From: Podarcis muralis
Taxonomy: Eukaryota
Assembly (NCBI RefSeq): GCF_964188315.1
Contig: NC_135667.1
Coordinates: forward strand, 26,536,001 to 26,600,000
DNA length: 64,000 nt
Direction of reading: 5' to 3'
Position numbers and translations under genes: made by a program. The notes beneath the pieces were generated by a model, which saw only the letters and a list, made by a program, of their open reading frames with translations, had not been told where the DNA came from and did no database searches. Of the stretch, positions 60,168-64,000 are shown piece by piece (positions within the stretch are counted from its first letter, which is position 1; each line of letters opens with the position of its first letter).

Positions 60168-62135
60168 TAATGCAATTTTTCTCTTTTTAATTACCACTAT
60201 GAAATCTTATGTCCTTACAAGAAAATACAGTATAAACCTTTAGCAACTTACATGCTAGTTTATCTCTATTTTATTATCTTCCAGTGAATCTCTTAACTTT
60301 CTTGTATTCTGAAACATATATTTAAAGTTTCTAAACTTCCAATTTTTCACTTTACACCAGTTTTCCCATATACATTTTTAAAGCACCCACCATCTGAAAT
60401 CATTTTCTCCAAATAAATATAAATGTTTAGAAAACACAGAAAGCAATTAGGAACGATGTCATGTTCTTCCAGATAATCTCTTTTTCCTAGCCACTTAAAG
60501 AAAATGTGGTTGTTTCGAATCTTCAAAATATAATGTAGGTTTCTGGCCACGCCCACGATCAATGGTGGTTGTTCGTCATAGCCCTGCAGGGGCTGCAGGA
60601 AAGTTCAGGCAGGGGAAAGAGAGGATTTATGAGACATCAATTCTTGCAATGCTCCCCAGTGGTGTCTGGGGAGTTCACTGCTACCCTTTGTGCCGCTCAA
60701 GCCCATGTCTGCCAAATTGAAAGGCAGAACAAGTGCGACCTGGGAGTGTGTCCCTGCCATGGACGAGCCTCCATTTCTGGCATGATTTGTGTTGGGTTCC
60801 TCCTTAATCTGGAATATTAACGTTAATCAGGAGGCTCCTGGAACAGCATAAGATAATGGGCTGCAATCAATCAGCTGCTGAAAAGACTGGGTCTGGTTCT
60901 TTGAAGGCATTTGAATGTTTGCTTTTCCCCCTGAAGCTTGAGAATCCTCCCACAGCTGGAAACAGAAGCAGGAGGAGAAGCTGCTCTGTGCTTTCATATG
61001 GTTTTCAAATGGTCTCCTTTTCCGCCTTGTTTTCCCCTGCAAAATGAAAGAGACGTGTGTAGCCATGGTGATGTGATTCTGTCTGTCACCATGGAAAGAG
61101 GTGGGAGGCTTTTGATTTATGCTCAACAAGGAATGTAACAAGATTTTATTATGCCCTCCCCCCTTGATCAATGTTGTGTGGACTTTATTTAAAATTATCT
61201 TTGGACTGGACCAGGAGTGTGAGGGAGCATTGCAGAGCAAGTCGAATGAATGGCTGCTGAAAGATCTGTCGAGAGGTTGAATTTGAGAAAGGAGTCTGTT
61301 TTTGGCTGTGCACTGAGGAAGAACTCCAGAGCCGAATTTTAATGGTGGAGACTGGACTTTGTGAGTTGTTTATTCCCGCAGCCTGTACGCTGGCTGGTGA
61401 ACAGTGAAAGGAATGGAATGTGACCTTGTAACATCTAGATAAACACTGCAAGAACTGAATGAAGGAAGAGAGTAATTAACTCTCCCAGGACACCAGGTCT
61501 GAAACATCAATGTATATGATGTGAAATGGATTTTATATTTACATATTTTATATTTATAAGACCTAACAGAGGTGTTGTTTGTAAGGAGAAGAATATGATC
61601 AGCTGTGAGAATGGACTAACAACAAGTGAAGGAACAAGTGGACAACAAAGAAGAGATGATGTGGCAACAGGAGGAAATGATTGACATATGTTACCAACAC
61701 AAGCAGGAAACCTGATTTTTTAAAAAAGAAATTGTATTAAATTAAAGTAATTTGGTTTGATTTGCAATAATTTGGAAAACTAATAAAAATAATTAAAAAA
61801 ACAAACTTCAAAATATAGTGTATACTTCCTGTAATAGAATTTTAAGATGTCTTGGCCTGTACAGTGGTACCTCTGGATGCGAACAGGATCAGTTCCGGAG
61901 CCCCGTTCGCATCCTGAAGTGAACGCAATGCGTCCATGCATCTGCGCATGCGTGGGTCACGATCTGCTGCTTCTACGCATGCGTGTGATGTCATTTTGAC
62001 CGTCTGCACATGCGTGAGCGGCAAAATCCGGAAGTAATGCACTCCATTACTTCCAGCTCACCGCAGCACGCAACCTGAAAATACTCATCCCAAAGCTACT
62101 TTAACCCGAGGTATGAAAGTATTGACCACTTAGCT

Positions 62136-62284
62136 TTTGCTTAACGGTTGCCATCAATTTGATTTTAATTAATTTTTATAATGAAATATTTTTAGAATGT
62201 TGGATTATTTGATTGTTTGATTATTTGATTGTTGTTAGCCGCCCTGAGCCCGGCTTCGGCTGGAGAGGGCGGGATATAAATAAA

Positions 62285-62340
<56 letters not shown>
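62136..62340 (+). mobile_element. L2-like 3' tail insertion with (ATT)n, specific to the duplicate copy
   Basis: 6-bp TSD TTAGCT at 62130 and 62341; empty site near 40975. Confidence 0.75.
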
Positions 62341-62343
<3 letters not shown>

Positions 62344-63237
62344 GCTGTGGTTTACTTAGGTGTTCTACTGAGTCACAACAGGAAAAAGCTTGGTGTAATC
62401 TGTTGCCATGTGTTAAATGTGTTTACAGATGGCAGCTATGTGCTGCCACCTGGCAGTTTGAGTGTTGGGTCATGCTGCCACTACCACTACTGCATAGGGA
62501 GATAAACCTGTCTCTTTTTGCTCTTTTACTTCTGTTTTTGTTTGCCTCATCGTGTTGTTTGTTGCTTTCTAATTCGTGATAATTCACGAATTAAGAACAA
62601 CATCAACAACCTCAGATATTTTCCCACAGGAGATACTATGCAGAATATGCTGCTCTGTAACATTTAGCAGGGAATGGAGCAAGGGGTTATGTGTAGGCAG
62701 CATGTTGGCATTATAATGCTGTTCTTATTTATCTTTGTTGTCTGCAGCTCTTGGGACACACAATTGAAAGTTGAGTTCTTTCTTGGCAAAACACTCAATT
62801 GCATTAGCTCCTAAGGTGTGAGAATCACATGTGCCACCCCTGCTAAATAGCTAGATGGGCATCTCCTTCTTCACACCTGTGCTCCATCCCAGAAGTTGGA
62901 ACAACGGCATGCCATGCCCACATCTACTCCAGCACATTTAAACCCCCTCTTCTGGCGTGGTGCATGCAAGAGACTGGCAATTTCACTTGTGTGCATTTCC
63001 AGCTGATCCTCTCAGCCCGACTCTCTCTGGCACTGTGTCATCCACCTCTTGCCCTACCTCCGCTTCTCCTATCTCTAACTGCACAGCCTCTACCTCTTTC
63101 CCCTGCTTTGCAAGTTGCACAGACCCCCACAAATCACTGGTCCCTTCCCCTGAAAAGTCTCCTGAGCCTCTGCCACCTCTGCCCACCCTTCAGACTCTTG
63201 CCTTTCCCTCCTGTCCAACAATGAAGATAAAGGTAAA

Positions 63238-63626
63238 GGGATGCAGGTGGTGCTGTGGTCTAAACCATGGAGCCTCTTGAGCTTGCCAATTGGAAGGTCA
63301 GCGGTTCGAAACTGTGTGACGGGGTAACCCCCCTTTGCTCTGTCCCAGCTCCTGCCAACTTAGCAGTTCGAAAGCATACCAGTGCAAGTAGATAAATAGG
63401 TACTGCTGTGGCGGGAAGGTAAACAGTGTTTCAATGCGCTCTGGCACTCGCCATGGTATCCCATTGTTCCAGAAGCAGTTTAGCCATGCTGGCCACATGA
63501 CCTGGAAAGCTGTCTGTGGACAAATGCTGGCTCCCTCGGCCTGAAAGTGAGATGAGCGCCGCAACTCTATAGTCACCTTTGACTGGACTTAACCATCATG
63601 GGGTCCTTGACCTTGACCTTTTACCT
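63238..63626 (+). mobile_element. Sauria SINE (older, degenerate)
   Basis: Head GGGATGCAGGTGGTGCTGTGG, core AAGTAGATAAATAGGTAC, ACCTT tail. Confidence 0.85.
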
Positions 63627-64000
63627 CCAGCAATGACTCACCTGAATGGAGGTTATGTAAGCTTCTCCACTACACTGCACCATGTCATCTGCTACTGCTA
63701 TTAAGAGTAGCAGTAAAAAGAGTAGCAGTAAAACTTTAAAAGTATCCCTGAATGGTCAAAACTAATCCCAAATTAATTTCCAAAAGCCTATACAGAAAAC
63801 AGACAGCAAAACTAGGAGCCTGTGAAATTCATCAAGCAATATGCGTGTGTGTGTGAGCATGCACGCACACCCAAAGCAATAATGCAATATGATTACAAAT
63901 AAGGAGTATTAAGGTTCCAAGATACAACAAAGACACTAGTGGGTTTCTGTGTGAGATAATGAGGGAGTCCGGTGCGCTTCTGCTGCCACTCAGCTTGCCA

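Larger units (their letters stand above)
53594..63003 (+). repeat. Segmental duplication, circularly permuted copy of 36056-43402
   Basis: Order is donor 42499-43402 then donor 36056-42499, plus copy-specific TE insertions. Confidence 0.85.

Noticed and set aside
36056-63003. Duplication as an assembly artefact (uncollapsed haplotypes)
   Set aside because: Divergence of several percent, permuted order, and copy-specific insertions with their own TSDs are hard to explain as allelic; long reads would still be the decisive test.
1-64000. CRISPR arrays, rRNA genes, prokaryotic operons
   Set aside because: None seen; recurrent short repeats are MITE termini and microsatellites in vertebrate DNA.

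Overview
Eukaryotic (non-prokaryotic) DNA from a squamate reptile, most likely a lacertid lizard; this is an inference from Sauria-type SINEs, BovB LINEs and squamate-type MITEs. Left part (1-14.6 kb): exons 6-15 of a + strand albumin-family gene (ALB/AFP-like), with exon sizes and phases matching the mammalian albumin layout. A near full-length antisense RTE-BovB LINE sits in intron 5, and exons 1-5 lie outside the window. Right part (20-64 kb): an olfactory receptor cluster with six intact single-exon CDSs (two OR6/11-like on -, four OR14-like) and two OR14-like pseudogene fragments, in a dense mix of MITEs, SINEs, LINE fragments and LTR-like pieces. Most interesting observations: (1) 53594-63003 is a circularly permuted copy of 36056-43402, joined at a 10-bp microhomology and apparently inserted into a split repeat. 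This is the signature expected of duplication through a circular DNA intermediate, and it created a new intact OR gene. (2) The albumin paralogue has lost both cysteines of exactly one disulfide (human C245-C253 equivalent), has a remodelled subdomain IIA pocket, and lies next to ORs rather than its usual neighbours. (3) There are candidate OR regulatory elements, including an exact match to the mouse H/P-element 13-mer and a conserved homeodomain+O/E module upstream of the OR14-like genes. All alignments and counts were done by eye and need computational confirmation.
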